63,946 nt of DNA, filler included, from Polymyxa betae A26-41 (GCA_003693705.1; 5 parts of 5 records of this genome joined end to end with filler, not necessarily neighbours in it); one strand, 5' to 3'; shown: positions 48,401 to 60,700, counted from the whole stretch's first letter. The notes: a model not told the origin generated them from the sequence alone. Translations and numbers: made by a program.

Positions 48401-48995
48401 TTACAAATCCACCTGCTGAACGTCAACGTCGATGCCATATAACAGCTGGCAGACTTCGCGAAACTTTGGTAAAAAGAAAATCCAAAATTAAAATAGACAG
48501 TACCCAATAGCAAAGGAGTTTGAATTGTATTTGAGACACTGCTGAGACTTGAACTTTGATAAACAATCAATTTTTTTACAAACTTTGGAAACAGTCTTCA
48601 AAACAAAGTTTGATAAAACATTGTCGAAAATTTGACGTTAGTTTTAGAAACACGAGAAAATACCTTCTCTTCAGTCGGCGCCTTCGTGAAAGTACAGAAG
48701 GCCAGAAGAAAGTTGTTGTAGTTGATGAAATTCCTTTTGTAGTGATCGAAAACGTCAAAAACGTGTTCTGCGAGATGCGGTGCGATGGCGAATAGTTTCA
48801 GGAAATCGGCCCGATTGATGTTCCGCTGATTGGAGCGCCAGGCAATCTCCTGAAAGCGATGGCGAACATTGCCGAGATCCTCAACGGCGCGGACTGAGCA
48901 GATTGCCACCGTTAGGCCGTGATCGGATCGGGCCAAAAAGTTACCAGACAGAGGCGACAGAACTCAAGCGATTTAGAGATAGCCGAGGACGCCAT
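45404..48995 (-). CDS. EF-hand-PH-pseudokinase protein, paralogue B
   Basis: Start MASSAISKSLEFCRL|F. EF-like AEHVFDVFDHYKRNFINYNNFL. PH QGYVYKQT..KRRWVVIRNNMLYSF..EQRDRWIRAV. Kinase VHPCLPNV..YMLKFIDK..LRTE..LQFLHSHGMVLG|AFGPANIVV..VDIGL..FIAPE..KADMWSVG..LLNRNPSRRYSA. Exon structure parallels paralogue A. Confidence 0.87.
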
Positions 48996-51318
48996 TCAAA
49001 AACGATCGATTGATCACCGCTGATCGAGCAGACGTCAGAATCGCCTCACAGCTGACCTTTTAAAGCCACAAAATTCATCGATTTTGCTGCGCAAGTGGCG
49101 AGGAGAAGCTGCGCAAGTGGTGCGGAAATGTGCGCAACCGGCGCCAGAAGGCTTGGAAATTCTGCGCAACTCCGCACTTTTTGACTACCAAAGTCTGTTG
49201 ACAGCTGATTGTGGTTTCTGGGAGCGGCCGACATTGCTGCTGAGATGATGAAACCGTCTCGAATGTATTGATTCTGGAATTGCAGGATTCTATCTAAAGT
49301 CTCATTTTGGAACGTTTTTGAGTCTGCTCAGTTTTGTCAGCTGAATGATTTTTCGAATTTGTCTTTTTGCATTTGGTGCTTTCAGAGACAAGCTCAGCAA
49401 ACCGTCAATCGTGGCATATTTCATACAGGATGCAAAATTGCAACAGTTTTTGGCAGCTTGAATTACCTGATTTTGCAGCTTCTTCCCTAATTCGCCAATA
49501 TGTTTTAACTCTCGATTTCTACTTGATTCGGGTAACTAACGGTGAAATGTCGAAAACACGGGATATCAGATTCTCGGTTCTTCGACAGATTTCGGCATTT
49601 CCAGGCTGTAACCCCGATATCAGCGAGATGAAAAGAAGTGAATGGATTCATCAACATTGATTCGTAAATATAACAGACGGTGCTATCACCTTCAGCACAA
49701 GGCCATTCCTGCCGTTTTGCATTTGTTTTCGGAGAGTAGAATTACATCTCTGGTATGAGCAGCATAGAGCTGCTGTCAGTGGCCTATGATATGAGAAATT
49801 GTTCAATAAGGTGAATTTCCTTGAGATGGCGATGGAGGGAAAGCATAATGCACGTCCGCTCCCGACCACCGCCAGATCGCATAGGATTTGGTGGCCGCCC
49901 ATATCCATTCCAGCATCCTAAAGGGGTCTACATAAGCCCACACTGCTGCTGCAGGCGGTGTCAGTAGGGAGAGAGGGCGCTCCTCTAAACCATCCCGAAC
50001 GACTCCAATAGTTGGGGCGTCCGATAACAACAAGGGTTACTTAATGTAAACCGCGCCCTATCAGAGGAGTGAGAGCCGATAGATGACAGCTATCACTTCC
50101 AGCTATAATACAGAACTATGCGCCATTCATCTTGGTCTTCATGATACGATGTAATTTAATCGAAAATACTTCACCTATCTGTGTCTTGTATACAGCAAGC
50201 TAGCCAGCCTACCCTATAAACCAAGATATGTTAAAGATTCAGTATCAGATTGTGCCGAAAAACTGGCCATACTTGCCCAGAGCAACGCGATTGAGGTATA
50301 CTTCGTGGCAACTTACACTAAACCTCCCATGCCAGAAAGTCAACAAATCGACGGGCTGTCTAAGTCCGCATTGAAGAATGCCACCCCGTTAAACCACGAT
50401 CCATTTGTTTGCTCCAACCGATATCCATTTCAATGAGAAAACAAGAGAGAGCTTCCAATCTTACCTGAACAAAGCCATCACAGTAAGCCACTGTGCAAAC
50501 TAGCTGATCGACCGCCATACACATGATAGATACTCCGAGAGGATCGGAAACAAGACAGTTCAAATTGGAGTACACCATGACAGCTCCCTCCTTGATAGCG
50601 CCAGAACCGGTCATACCCAATGCAGCCCTAAACAGATGGGCATTGAGACACAAAGCAAATGCAGATTTTTTTATCGGAAATAAAACAAACTTTCAACCAC
50701 CTCCTCATAAAATGCGCCCATTTTCGAGAAAGCCTTGTCACGCGAACGATCCGCCTTTAGAAACCGCATCATAACAGACTGTAATAACAGCACTGTTGAA
50801 ACAGCAGAAATTCATGAATAAACTACCGCAGAAAGTTTACAATCACGGATGTCCAATTTAGTATACAATATGTTATAGAAGCTGTGAGACCAGCATGAGA
50901 TCGAAACATTGTTTGACTACAGGGTTCAACTCCCTTATGATTGGGCCAACAGATGGCTACACTTCAATGTCAGGTCTCTACGCTCTCTGTTGGGCTGAAG
51001 CTCACAAATTTCCCCCAAGCATTTAGGCCTCCGAAATATGATTCGTTGGAGAGCCACGGACTTCGTGTTGTGCCCCGAACTAGGGTTAAAGTGACGCCCA
51101 CCTTGCCGAAAGGCCCGGTAACAAGTACAATCCAATCTAATCCAAAATATGGAGAACCGAACCTAAAGCGAATGAAAATTGAGATAGAAGTTAGATCATC
51201 AGTATGACGGAGCAGATCACGGAATTTGAGATCAATCTACGAAATAATCACGCAGTTGATTCCGAAGACAGGTCTCGCTCCATTCTCATTCTGAAGCCGA
51301 TACTGTATCGCGACAACG

Positions 51319-51468
51319 ATGTCGGTTTTTCATGCAATGATCACGGCGATCTTGGCCGTAGCGGTCATTGCGACCACCCAGGGCACAGCTCTAGTTCGCG
51401 ACGGAGCGATGAAGTTCCCGGATGCTCCACCATCTGACGTTTCTGAACTGGAGGCTCCACCATCTGAT
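51319..51468 (+). CDS. Signal-peptide protein with start of an APPSD repeat, truncated by an assembly gap
   Basis: MSVFHAMITAILAVAVIATTQG, then DAPPSDVSELEAPPSD running into Ns. Confidence 0.55.
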
Positions 51469-51568
51469 NNNNNNNNNNNNNNNNNNNNNNNNNNNNNNNN
51501 NNNNNNNNNNNNTTAATTAATTAANNNNNNNNNNNNNNNNNNNNNNNNNNNNNNNNNNNNNNNNNNNN

Positions 51569-52378
51569 TGCCACATCAATTTGATTACCATTCTCCTTCA
51601 TTTTGTCACCAAAGGTGGCATTTAACCTTCTCATTCTTGATTACAACATAACAAGCATTGATGGAAGTTCCTGACAGTGCTGAAGAATTCGTCCTTGCGA
51701 AAAATGTGTGGATCTTCGGACAATCAGCAACCGAGCGATGACGCTGCTCTTGCTCCTTTTGCCTCCGATATTTCGTTGCTCTGCTGTCTCCAGTATAGGC
51801 GGCCCTCATTGAACTTTCTGCCGCAGGATTCCATTTGATCAAATCCTCCCATCTACTCCGGACAAGGTCCTGATCGAAAGCTATCCCATCAAGGTCAAAA
51901 TCGTCATCATTGATGACTATTTGAACTTCATCCACAAGCTCTGCATCAGCCCGCTCAACTGCGATGTTCTTTCGCTTGGCATCCAACAAAAGACGAAGCT
52001 GGCGCTGTCGCTTAGTTGGAGGTGCCATTGCTTCTAAGAACCGGTCAAATGTGAGAAATGTGGGTGTCGACAGCATGCAAATCATCACCGTACGGAAGGG
52101 GCTGCGCCAGAGGCCGCGTAGAGGCCCCGCAATAGGCTGCGCTATAGTATTTCGTGTTTCCCCATACATTTCTCATTTCTTCAATGTCCCATACAAAAAA
52201 AAACGTAACACAGCTCTCGGAATTTATTTTTTTCGGAATTTTATCTCATAACTTTCTTCTAAACGATGAGATCAGTCGAATTACGAGATAATAATTTTGG
52301 TTGGAACCCTTTGGGAGGCCTCGATAAACCCCGGAAATTTCCCATACAAAAGTTGTCGGTTTAAGACTGCCCGCACTG
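51569..52378 (-). mobile_element. 5' end of a Tc1/mariner-type element (copy 2) with transposase N-terminus
   Basis: TA|CAGTGCGGG terminus. ORF MAPPTKRQRQ..RAAYTGDSRATKYRR. Near-identical to 23476-23913. Confidence 0.8.
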
Positions 52379-52687
52379 TACTACAATGATATTCCGAATA
52401 ATTCACATAAAATAATATCCTTTTATGGAGAATATCAACCAACAAAAATAAATCATTTTGAACCGATATATGAGAATTCAATTGTTAAATATTTTGTTAT
52501 GATTGCTACAAATAAAAAAAAGAAAATAAATAAACCTATCCGTAAAAGGAACCCATCTTTGACGAGCAAAGCTGTGTGGCAACCAAGGTTTGCTGCTTTC
52601 CGTTATACTGACCGAACTTTGCTATGCAGCCAGTCACATCATAATAAAGCTTGGCCAGGTTTTTGAAGGTGCTATTTATTGCAACAA

Positions 52688-53837
52688 TGATCGATAGTGA
52701 CAGCGATTCCACCATCAACGAGATCCTCGACCAGCAGATGGTCGTCCTGATAGCTGCATCGACTGCAGCAGCTACTTCTAGCGTTTTCTTTGACGATGAA
52801 GAAATGACGAACGATGATCAGCGATTCGTCGATCCTGATGAAGGAGTTCGTGATCAACTTTATCTTTTAATGAAGAACCCATCGCTTTTCAAGGTTATGA
52901 CAAATTTCACTGCATCTGAATTTGAAGAGCTCAGCGCAAAGGTATGCCCAATTTTGGCGACAACGGCAAGATCGACCCGACAGCCAAGGGGGATATTCGG
53001 GCGAATTCCGAAACTTAATCATCAGCAACGTCTTCTCCACTTCCTTTTGTATATGAAGCACGATAACACAGTCGTGTTCGGAGCGCATGGCTGGAATTGG
53101 TCCAAGTCTTCTGCCTGCGACGATGAATATTTGTTGCATCTGTCATCAACGTCGCGCTGGCTGATGAGTTAAGGTGGCCAACTGCAGCAGAACGGCAAGC
53201 CCTAGCACAGAGAACTAGTTTCAATGGATGCATAGGGTTTATCGATGGAACACTCGTCCAGATTCGTCGCCCGATGAGCGACACTTTTGGAGAGCGCCAC
53301 CAATTTTGGTACAATGGACGAAAATCTATGTACTGTCTTAACAACACAGTCGCTGTTGATCACGATGGCTTGTTTATTTACGTGGATCCAGGATATCCCG
53401 GTTCCTTTCACGATATTAATTGTTTGCACCGTTCTGACCTATTCCGCGATTGGCGGCAGTATTTTGTTCATGATGACGATTATTTTGAGTATCTTTTAGG
53501 AGATTCTGGTTATGTTGGAGAGGAGATGTTTATCATGCACCGCATGCGGCAGCGAGGGCCTCCCAGAGCCAACCAAAAAATGGAGGTAATTGACGTTTTC
53601 AACGCTGCTCATGGGGGGATGAGGGTAAGGGTTGAATGGGGCATCGGAGGCCTTAAGCGAAAGTGGCAAAAACTGATGAAGAAGTTTGAAGCAACCATAA
53701 GCAAGTTTCTTCAGTTGTTTCGCGCCTGCGCTATTCTTACGAACTTCCTTCAACGTCGCCGTCTTGACATGCGAGCATTTGAAGAAGGAGTGGACGCTGC
53801 CTACGCAGGCTGGGATGACGAGGATCCTGAATTATGA
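52688..53837 (+). mobile_element. PIF/Harbinger DDE_Tnp_4 transposase, nearly intact (one frameshift at ~53127), intronless
   Basis: TNFTASEFEEL..KHDN..WNW..WPT..GCIGFIDGT..WYNGRK..VDPGYPGSFHD..LLGDSGY..RVRVEWGIGGLKRKW; the D-D-E triad is intact. Confidence 0.93.
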
Positions 53838-53980
53838 AATGTATATACAAAATTTTTATTTGATTGAAGGCGTCACACTTNNNNNNNNNNNNNNNNNNNN
53901 NNNNNNNNNNNNNNNNNNNNNNNNTTAATTAATTAANNNNNNNNNNNNNNNNNNNNNNNNNNNNNNNNNNNNNNNNNNNN

Positions 53981-54301
53981 CCCGCGTCCTACCCTCCGCT
54001 CCCGAGTCATCGCACCGCTTATCTAACCAATAAAAGGGGACCTTTTACTCGATCCTAACACCGCTTCCTTCTCCTCCACCAATCCCGGTAATGTCATCCC
54101 CTCACCGCTCCACTACGATCCCCTCACCGCTCCACTCCGACCCTCTCTCCGCTCCACTCCGTGCCCCGCCGCTCCGCCTCCGAGGACTCCCTGACGTCGC
54201 TCCGTTGCAGGACACCGGTCCCCCGCGTCCTACCCTCTGCTCCCGAGTCATCGCACCGCTTATCTAACCAATTAAAGGGGACTTTTTACTCGATCCTAAC
54301 A
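53981..54301 (+). repeat. Tandem LTR-like repeat (241-bp period)
   Basis: ...TTTTACTCGATCCTAACA ends at 54060 and 54301. Internal CCGCTCCACT repeats. Same sequence as 8760-8924. Confidence 0.75.
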
Positions 54302-55279
54302 GTTGTGCTCCTTTTTCCCCATTGAGTAAGTATGCATTCCATTGTAAAATCTTGAGTGAAAATGTGTGCTGTGGTTTTGAGGTGCTTGAGCGACTTCATT
54401 CTGTAAAAGTTCACCATTTTGAGTTTCAACAACGTTGGAAGTGTTTTGGTGAGTGTTCATGTTATCATTCATATCTAATCTGCTAAAAAATTCGGTGATA
54501 TTTCTCTGAACAGGGCGTGTCCGTTTCCTGGTGGTGGCAGCCTGTAAACCCTTGCTTCGCATTCTTGAGAACGAGAGTTTTCTAATGGGTTTTGTTATAT
54601 TCTTTCAAAAAAATCTAATTACGTGAGGTAGGACTTAAGCTTTGATCTTTTAAGGGAACTGGTTTAATGAATCCCTGAGTAACCATCATTTTAATGATGC
54701 TAATCATGTTTCTGTCGTGCTACATCAACGAGTGCCTGATAGGGCGATGGGGAATTATAGCGAAGGCGCCAACTCCCTCGTTGCCAGGGAACTTTTTAAC
54801 GTCATGACCCGGGCTGTGCGAGGGTTTTCGCGTGGTGATAGTAAACTTGTGGGAGTGGTGGGTGCAGCCTTGCGTCTAGCTAAAAATCGCAGTGCGCCGA
54901 GCAACTGTGCGCTGCGCCCCGCCTACAACGCTCTCTATTTCTCACCATTATATATTTGTGCTCTCTCTCATTCTTTTTGAATAAATTTTCGAATATACAC
55001 AACGCGCCGACTCGCATTTTTGTAGGAACGCGCAGAGGACATCTTTTAGTCGTCGATGGTGAGATTTATCGCGAAATGGACAGAGCATGAACCGTCATTT
55101 ATCGAGTATTTTCCAACAAATTATCAGATATAATTATATAAATCATATAATAGAGACATCAGTAAACGTAGCCAAACTGCCTGTAGTCACCCGCAGTTTC
55201 TCCAAAACTAACGGTGGGCTGCGCCAAAAATGCGGCGGAGCCTCCATACAAAAAACTACTGGTGAAACTGAAATGACTA

Positions 55280-55868
55280 CCGTTTTCCCCCGCACATAAG
55301 GCATATGCCTTATATTCAAGGGTGGATATTTTTTTGACATTCTCGCCTACAGTAGTCTATCCCTCGAAGATAAGGCATATGCCCTGTATTCAAGGTAACG
55401 TAGAGTATGCCTTCTATTCAAGGGTTCTAAAATTCCTTCGTTGGCGAAAGTGCTTGTGCCTATTATTCGAGGTTTTTGACATTTGTTTACATTTTGCAAC
55501 GCAACGCAAGCTTTTTATTCAGATCTATTTTGGAATAAGCGCCGTCTAATTTTTTTATGGCCCACGTACCCTTATAAAGGACTACAACAGAGTCTGACAC
55601 GGCCGGCTTTCCTGTCACGCTATCTCCTTCAACAGGATCCGCATTATATTTCCAATTTCAATTATTGCTCGAAGTCCTGAACCTGAATATCAATAAAAAA
55701 GAGCGGTACTGACGTTGAAAACTCGATTCGTAAGCTTCAAAAACTTCGAATAAAGGGACCAGAATCCAATCCCTTGAATAGTGCGCACACCACGCAGTTT
55801 TCGAATAGAAGCCCATGTGCCTTCTACTCAAATACAAGGCACTGTGCCTTATGTGCGGGGGAAAACGG
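55280..55868. mobile_element. pogo/Tc1-type MITE
   Basis: 24-bp TIR CCGTTTTCCCCCGCACATAAGGCA, flanked by TA on the left and GA on the right. Internal TAAGGCATATGCC repeats. Confidence 0.85.
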
Positions 55869-56206
55869 GACCGAAACTGTGGGTGGCATAATTTCGCCTT
55901 CAGTTTTGGACCACGGGCTGCGTCAGCATTGAAGGGAGCCATTTTCAGCAGCTGTTCTGGCTACGTCTGCCTGTCAGATACTGGTGACGTCACTGTAGGA
56001 ATGTCATGTTCCTTGGACCTCGACAGTCTCCATATGGAGAGCAGTGCTGACCGCTTTGCTTCTGGTTTAGTCGAAGCCGTTGTCTACACCAGCATCAGAA
56101 CCGTCGTCACGGGCGATCTCATCCCAAATATTCGTTAATCACACAAGAAATAAAGTTTTTTTAAAAACTGCCGGCGAAATTTTGAAATCAGGGACCAGTT
56201 TGCGGA

Positions 56207-57081
56207 TAGGGTTCCGATCGATGCCGGTACTACCCGACTACCGGCGCTCCGGTAGTCTCCCGGTCGGATACCGGTAGATGGGTGGTACCCGACTCGATTA
56301 CCGACACTACCGGCCTAGGAATAGTGAGTGTTGGAAATCTGCGTGGCGGACTTTGAAACCCTTCTTGTAATCATGTTTCATACTCGTAAACGAAGGGCTG
56401 ATGCTACTGTGCCCCGTAAATGCACCTTTCCTTCGCGCCAATCTGGGGATTGGAGTTTCCGATCCTGTCGAGAGCGATTACGTCATTACGAGCCCATTTT
56501 GTTGAGTGAAAGCTCCGGCAGAAGCGTTTTGTCAAACGTATTACCACCTGATTCAGCAACTGGAACCGAGGTTGATCGGATCGAATGGGAATTGCTCAAC
56601 AGCCGATAAACCCAAGGGGACCGTTTTATAATGAGATAAGCAAAAGAAACACAGATGGGGCCAACACCTTTTCTTCTTAAGCGGTGAGATCATGGACGAA
56701 GTTGATAAGTATCTCAGCCTTTCTTGCAACTTCACCCAGGTTGATCCAATCGGGTTTTAGTGAAGTTGGGGAATAAATTCTCTCTATCCCAGGTTCATCG
56801 GTCTCAGTGGAGCTGTTTATGAACGCGGTCGTGATTGTGATTTAATTGATCTTCACAGTCATCGACTCAACCGTGACACTTTAAGTGCCTTGCTGATTGA
56901 AGAATGCGTTTAAATCATTGAAACGACAGATGAATTGCTATCAGGAAACTTGGGCTTTTCTAAGACTTTCAGCTATTATGTGCTTCGGTAGCCGGTACTA
57001 CCGGTATCCGACCAAGGATTCTCGGGTCGGATGCCGGTAGAAGGGCGGTACCCAACCCGAACGGTACCGATCGGAACCCTA
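56207..57081. mobile_element. Non-autonomous hAT element (875 bp)
   Basis: 14-bp TIR TAGGGTTCCGATCG with a perfect 8-bp TSD TTTGCGGA (56199-56206 and 57082-57089). ACCGG/ACCCG subterminal repeats. Confidence 0.95.
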
Positions 57082-57199
57082 TTTGCGGATACCAGCACAA
57101 ACTGCGGGTCACCGCGTTTTTTTAACAAAACTGTCGGTGAAACTGCGGTCGACGTTTTACGGATTTCTTTAATAGCTCGTAAATGGGTATCGGGATCCT

Positions 57200-58484
57200 A
57201 CAATTTCGGACACGACTACCCATGCGGAAGCTTCTCTCAGCTTACTGAAAAGTATCTACCAGACTGGTAAGAGAAATCGTTACATACAAAAACTTATCCG
57301 GACTTCAATGTCAATGGAGAAGGAATTATTGGATTATTTTCTCAGGGTGTATAGTAGAGCTGTCCGCAAAAAGAGTAAAAGATACCTTAGTTTTTGGAAA
57401 GTTACCTTCGGACTAATTTATCTGCGTATCTATTTATAGATAATACCGAAGCTGATAACGTATCATTTGCAAAAGATAAAATGCTCCAAAAAGATACCTC
57501 TGCTCCTTTTTCAAAAGATACCTTTTTATTTCCTACGACTATGGACTTGACCGGTGCCATCATTTCTTTTCGGCTGAACGGCAGCCCTGATTATTATGCA
57601 ATGCCAGTTTACGATCATATCCCCATTAACTTTAATGGTGGAGAAACGATAACGGCAAGCGATGTTAAGAGTAGTAACACTTCAAGCGTTGGAAAGAATT
57701 CGGCATCGATGGAGGCTTCTGCTGTAAAAAAAACTACAACGCCAGCACGTGCCCAGCGAGTAACTCCTGCTTTTATGAACGCTATGGCTCCTTCTTATCA
57801 GACTCACCTCGAAGCGTTCCGTAAAGGTAATATCGATCGTCTGTTTATATGTTTAGATCCTAATAAAACTCAACATTAGATAAAAAGAGACGGCCTGATC
57901 AAAAGCTTCCGAATAAAGTTTGGGAAAGGTTGAAAAGGACATCTCAGTTCAATTCTTCGAAGGGCGCAATCTGTCGGATCGTCGCCGGCAACTTCGAACG
58001 AATTTGACAAATTTCTTGAAAGGTTTGAATACTGGGACCGCCGATGGAGAAAATAATGCCAACGTCTACGCTTCTCATCAAATGGCAGAAAAACGATTTC
58101 AAACCATACAGGAAGTTCATGCTACACCCACGAAGAAGCGGAAGGCGGATGAATCAGCAGAAACATCATCCTGCGAGGTAGTCGAGTTAGACATGACTCG
58201 TAAAGCGAGTCGCTCCCGCTGCACAGCAGCAATTTTTGTATTTGTTGAGGAGGTTGCAAACTCAAATGCTATGCAGGAGAGGTTCTTCCACCAGCAATCC
58301 GAACGGCATGCTTTTAAGCAAAGCCGTAATGTCTCAATCACTGCCATCGACGAACAAGAAGTGTTACGTCGGTCGAAGCTCGCAATCAAAGCATGAGCTT
58401 GATCTGCTGGTATTCCAGAAAGATCACGGCCTGATCGATGAGACAGAATTCCGAGCCCAGGCGAATCGCCTTTCACTAAATTGA
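57200..58484 (+). pseudogene. Probable accessory (second) ORF of the Harbinger element, degenerate
   Basis: Broken reading frames that end tail-to-tail within ~30 bp of the transposase stop. Basic NLS-like TPTKKRK, a coiled coil and a C-terminal GLIDETEF motif. Confidence 0.5.
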
Positions 58485-58512
58485 AATAAAAGTTGAAGAA
58501 TCAACTCTGTAC

Positions 58513-59640
58513 TTAATCATCTTGATCTGGCAGCTCGTCACCCCAGGCTCCACCGACTGCAGCACCAGCTTCTTCAACCGTCATATTCATCCGACGCCGA
58601 TGGCGAATTAGGATGACACAGGCTCTCATGGCTGTGGCAAACTTCTGCCTCCGATTTGTCCAGGTGCCGTTCATGGTTCTCCATTTTATCTTCAGCCCGC
58701 CGATCGATTCCCAATTCGACTTTAATCCTCTTCCCAGCGTGAGCTCTGTTATAGGCATCTTATGCAGGCCAATATAACATCCACAGCCTCCCGCTGGTCG
58801 ACTCTTCTCATTATAAACATATTGCATCCCAGATAGCCTGCTAAAAAACAATTAGCTCAAATCTTCGGTGAATACATGGTAGTGCTTACGATCCCCCATC
58901 ACGTATTCCAAAGAGTCGTCGTTATGGTGAAAGTACTGGCGCCAGTTATGAAAGAGATCAGACTGACGTAAAATCGTAACATCATGATAAGAGCCTGGGT
59001 AACCAGGATCAAGATAGATGATCAAGCCATCATGGTCGACCACTATGGTATTGTTGAAGGCAAAGATCTTCTTGCGACCAGTGTGGAAACGGCGCTCCAA
59101 TAAAACATCCAAGTCACTAGGTCTTTGGATCTTGACCCGTGTTCCATCAATAAAGCCCAGACAGCCATGAAATAAAAGCTCTCTGGTTTTTTTAATCAGC
59201 TTTTCTGGCTTCGTCAGGCCATTGAAGTTCATGGCTCAAATGCTGGCAGATTAGCTCGCATATAAAAAACCAATCGTCGCATAGAGAGGAGCGTGAGACA
59301 TTCCAAAGAGCTGATTCGTCTCTGGCGGCTTGATCCTAAATGTTTCATATTATTAGTCTATCTGATAGCCGTTAATTAAGGCCGATCAAACCTTTTTTTA
59401 ACAAAAGGATTGCAGCAAGTAGGCGCTGCTCAGCCGAAAGCTTGGGTTTCCTTTCGGGGCCAGCAATCGGCTGCCCAGTTAACCGAGCTGTCGTACGAAT
59501 AACAGGGACAAGAATTCTTTTCAATTCTTATGAGCTCGTTTATTCTGGTCAAATTATATTGTAATACTAGTTCAATCACCTCCCATTCCGGAATTGTGAA
59601 GCCAACGACTCTGTAAAACCGAGACGGAGAGCATATTTCC
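58513..59640 (-). mobile_element. PIF/Harbinger DDE_Tnp_4 transposase, degenerate, with a 49-nt intron (58841-58889)
   Basis: GCLGFIDGT..RP..GRKKIFAFNNTIVVDHDG..DPGYPGSYHD..EYVMGD|PGY..IGGLKIKW..RAC. Confidence 0.88.
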
Positions 59641-59654
59641 AAGAAAATCGTATG

Positions 59655-59790
59655 TAGGGTTCCGATCGATACCGGTACTACCCGACTACCGGCGCTCCGG
59701 TAGTCTCCCGGTCGGATACCGGTAGATGGGTGGTACCCGACCCGACTACCGACACTACAGGCCTAGGAATAGTGAGTGCTGGCGTGGCGG
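59655..59790. mobile_element. Truncated left end of the same hAT family as 56207-57081
   Basis: ~130 bp near-identical to 56207-56350, starting TAGGGTTCCGATCG. Confidence 0.9.
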
Positions 59791-60029
59791 AGCCTACACA
59801 GTCCGACAATTTCTATAGGTCAAATTAAAGCCGCCCTTCCGGTTCCGATCAGCTGTTCGTCGTGAAGAGTGGAAATTCAAGGACACATTCCGATTAGGCA
59901 TTTATTGTCTTAGGGTTCTCTTTTTTTGTAGAGCATTAGTGCATTACCTTTGCACTACTGACAAGAAATTCATCAGTATGAGTTCTAGACATCATAGGAC
60001 AAATCGCACCTGTATTCAGCAGACAAATT

Positions 60030-60700
60030 ACGATCAGAATAATGTCCGATGCGATTGCCGAAAGGACAAACGCGGCATCAGACGATGTGATCCCCAAAAA
60101 TGCTTGCACATGCAAGCTGAATTTAGATATGCATGTGCCGGAATATGATGCTCCAGTACAATTACAAAAAACATGCATGCTATAATGCGGTCAGGGAAGA
60201 AGCTACGGAAAGGCGTAAAGGTTTTCATTGTATCATTAACAAAAGAGAAAATATTCATGTCTGTGCAGGAAGCTTTTCAATATAGAATCCCAGATTCAAC
60301 CCAGACGATGAAGGGATTATTTTCTACCAAGGACATCCTCAAAGGAGGTATCGTTGCATACTATAGCGGTGAGCGAACCTGCAAGCGACCTCCTAGAAAT
60401 CATTTCGACAGCGAATATATCTTCAAAATCGACTACGATAATTATTTCATTGGAGAGTGAAATGCGGGAGCAGCATTGGCTAATTGCGATTTCCAAGAAT
60501 TGGTCATTGATCAGGAAATTCACATATTCCTCGTCGCGGATCGTCGAATCAAGTTGTGTAGAGACCAATTACTTGTTTACGGCATTTGATAAGCTGTTAG
60601 CTGAACAAATACATCGGGGTCCGTTATGGTTGGACACCGGGGAATCCGGGATGCCGCTGTAATGCAAGACCTTGCTGTGGCACTATTGGCTGCACGGAAA
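60030..60700 (+). pseudogene. Degenerate AWS/pre-SET-SET-post-SET domain gene
   Basis: Cys-rich CDC..C..C..C..C, then KGLFSTKDILKGGIVAYYSGE..YIF and post-SET Y.W..CRCNARPCCGTIG. Contains stops and frameshifts. Confidence 0.7.

Noticed and set aside
49650-50900. Gene or tyrosine-recombinase element
   Set aside because: Only short ORFs and no diagnostic motif I could support.
54061-54301. CRISPR-like array
   Set aside because: Eukaryotic context, no unique spacers, irregular repeats.
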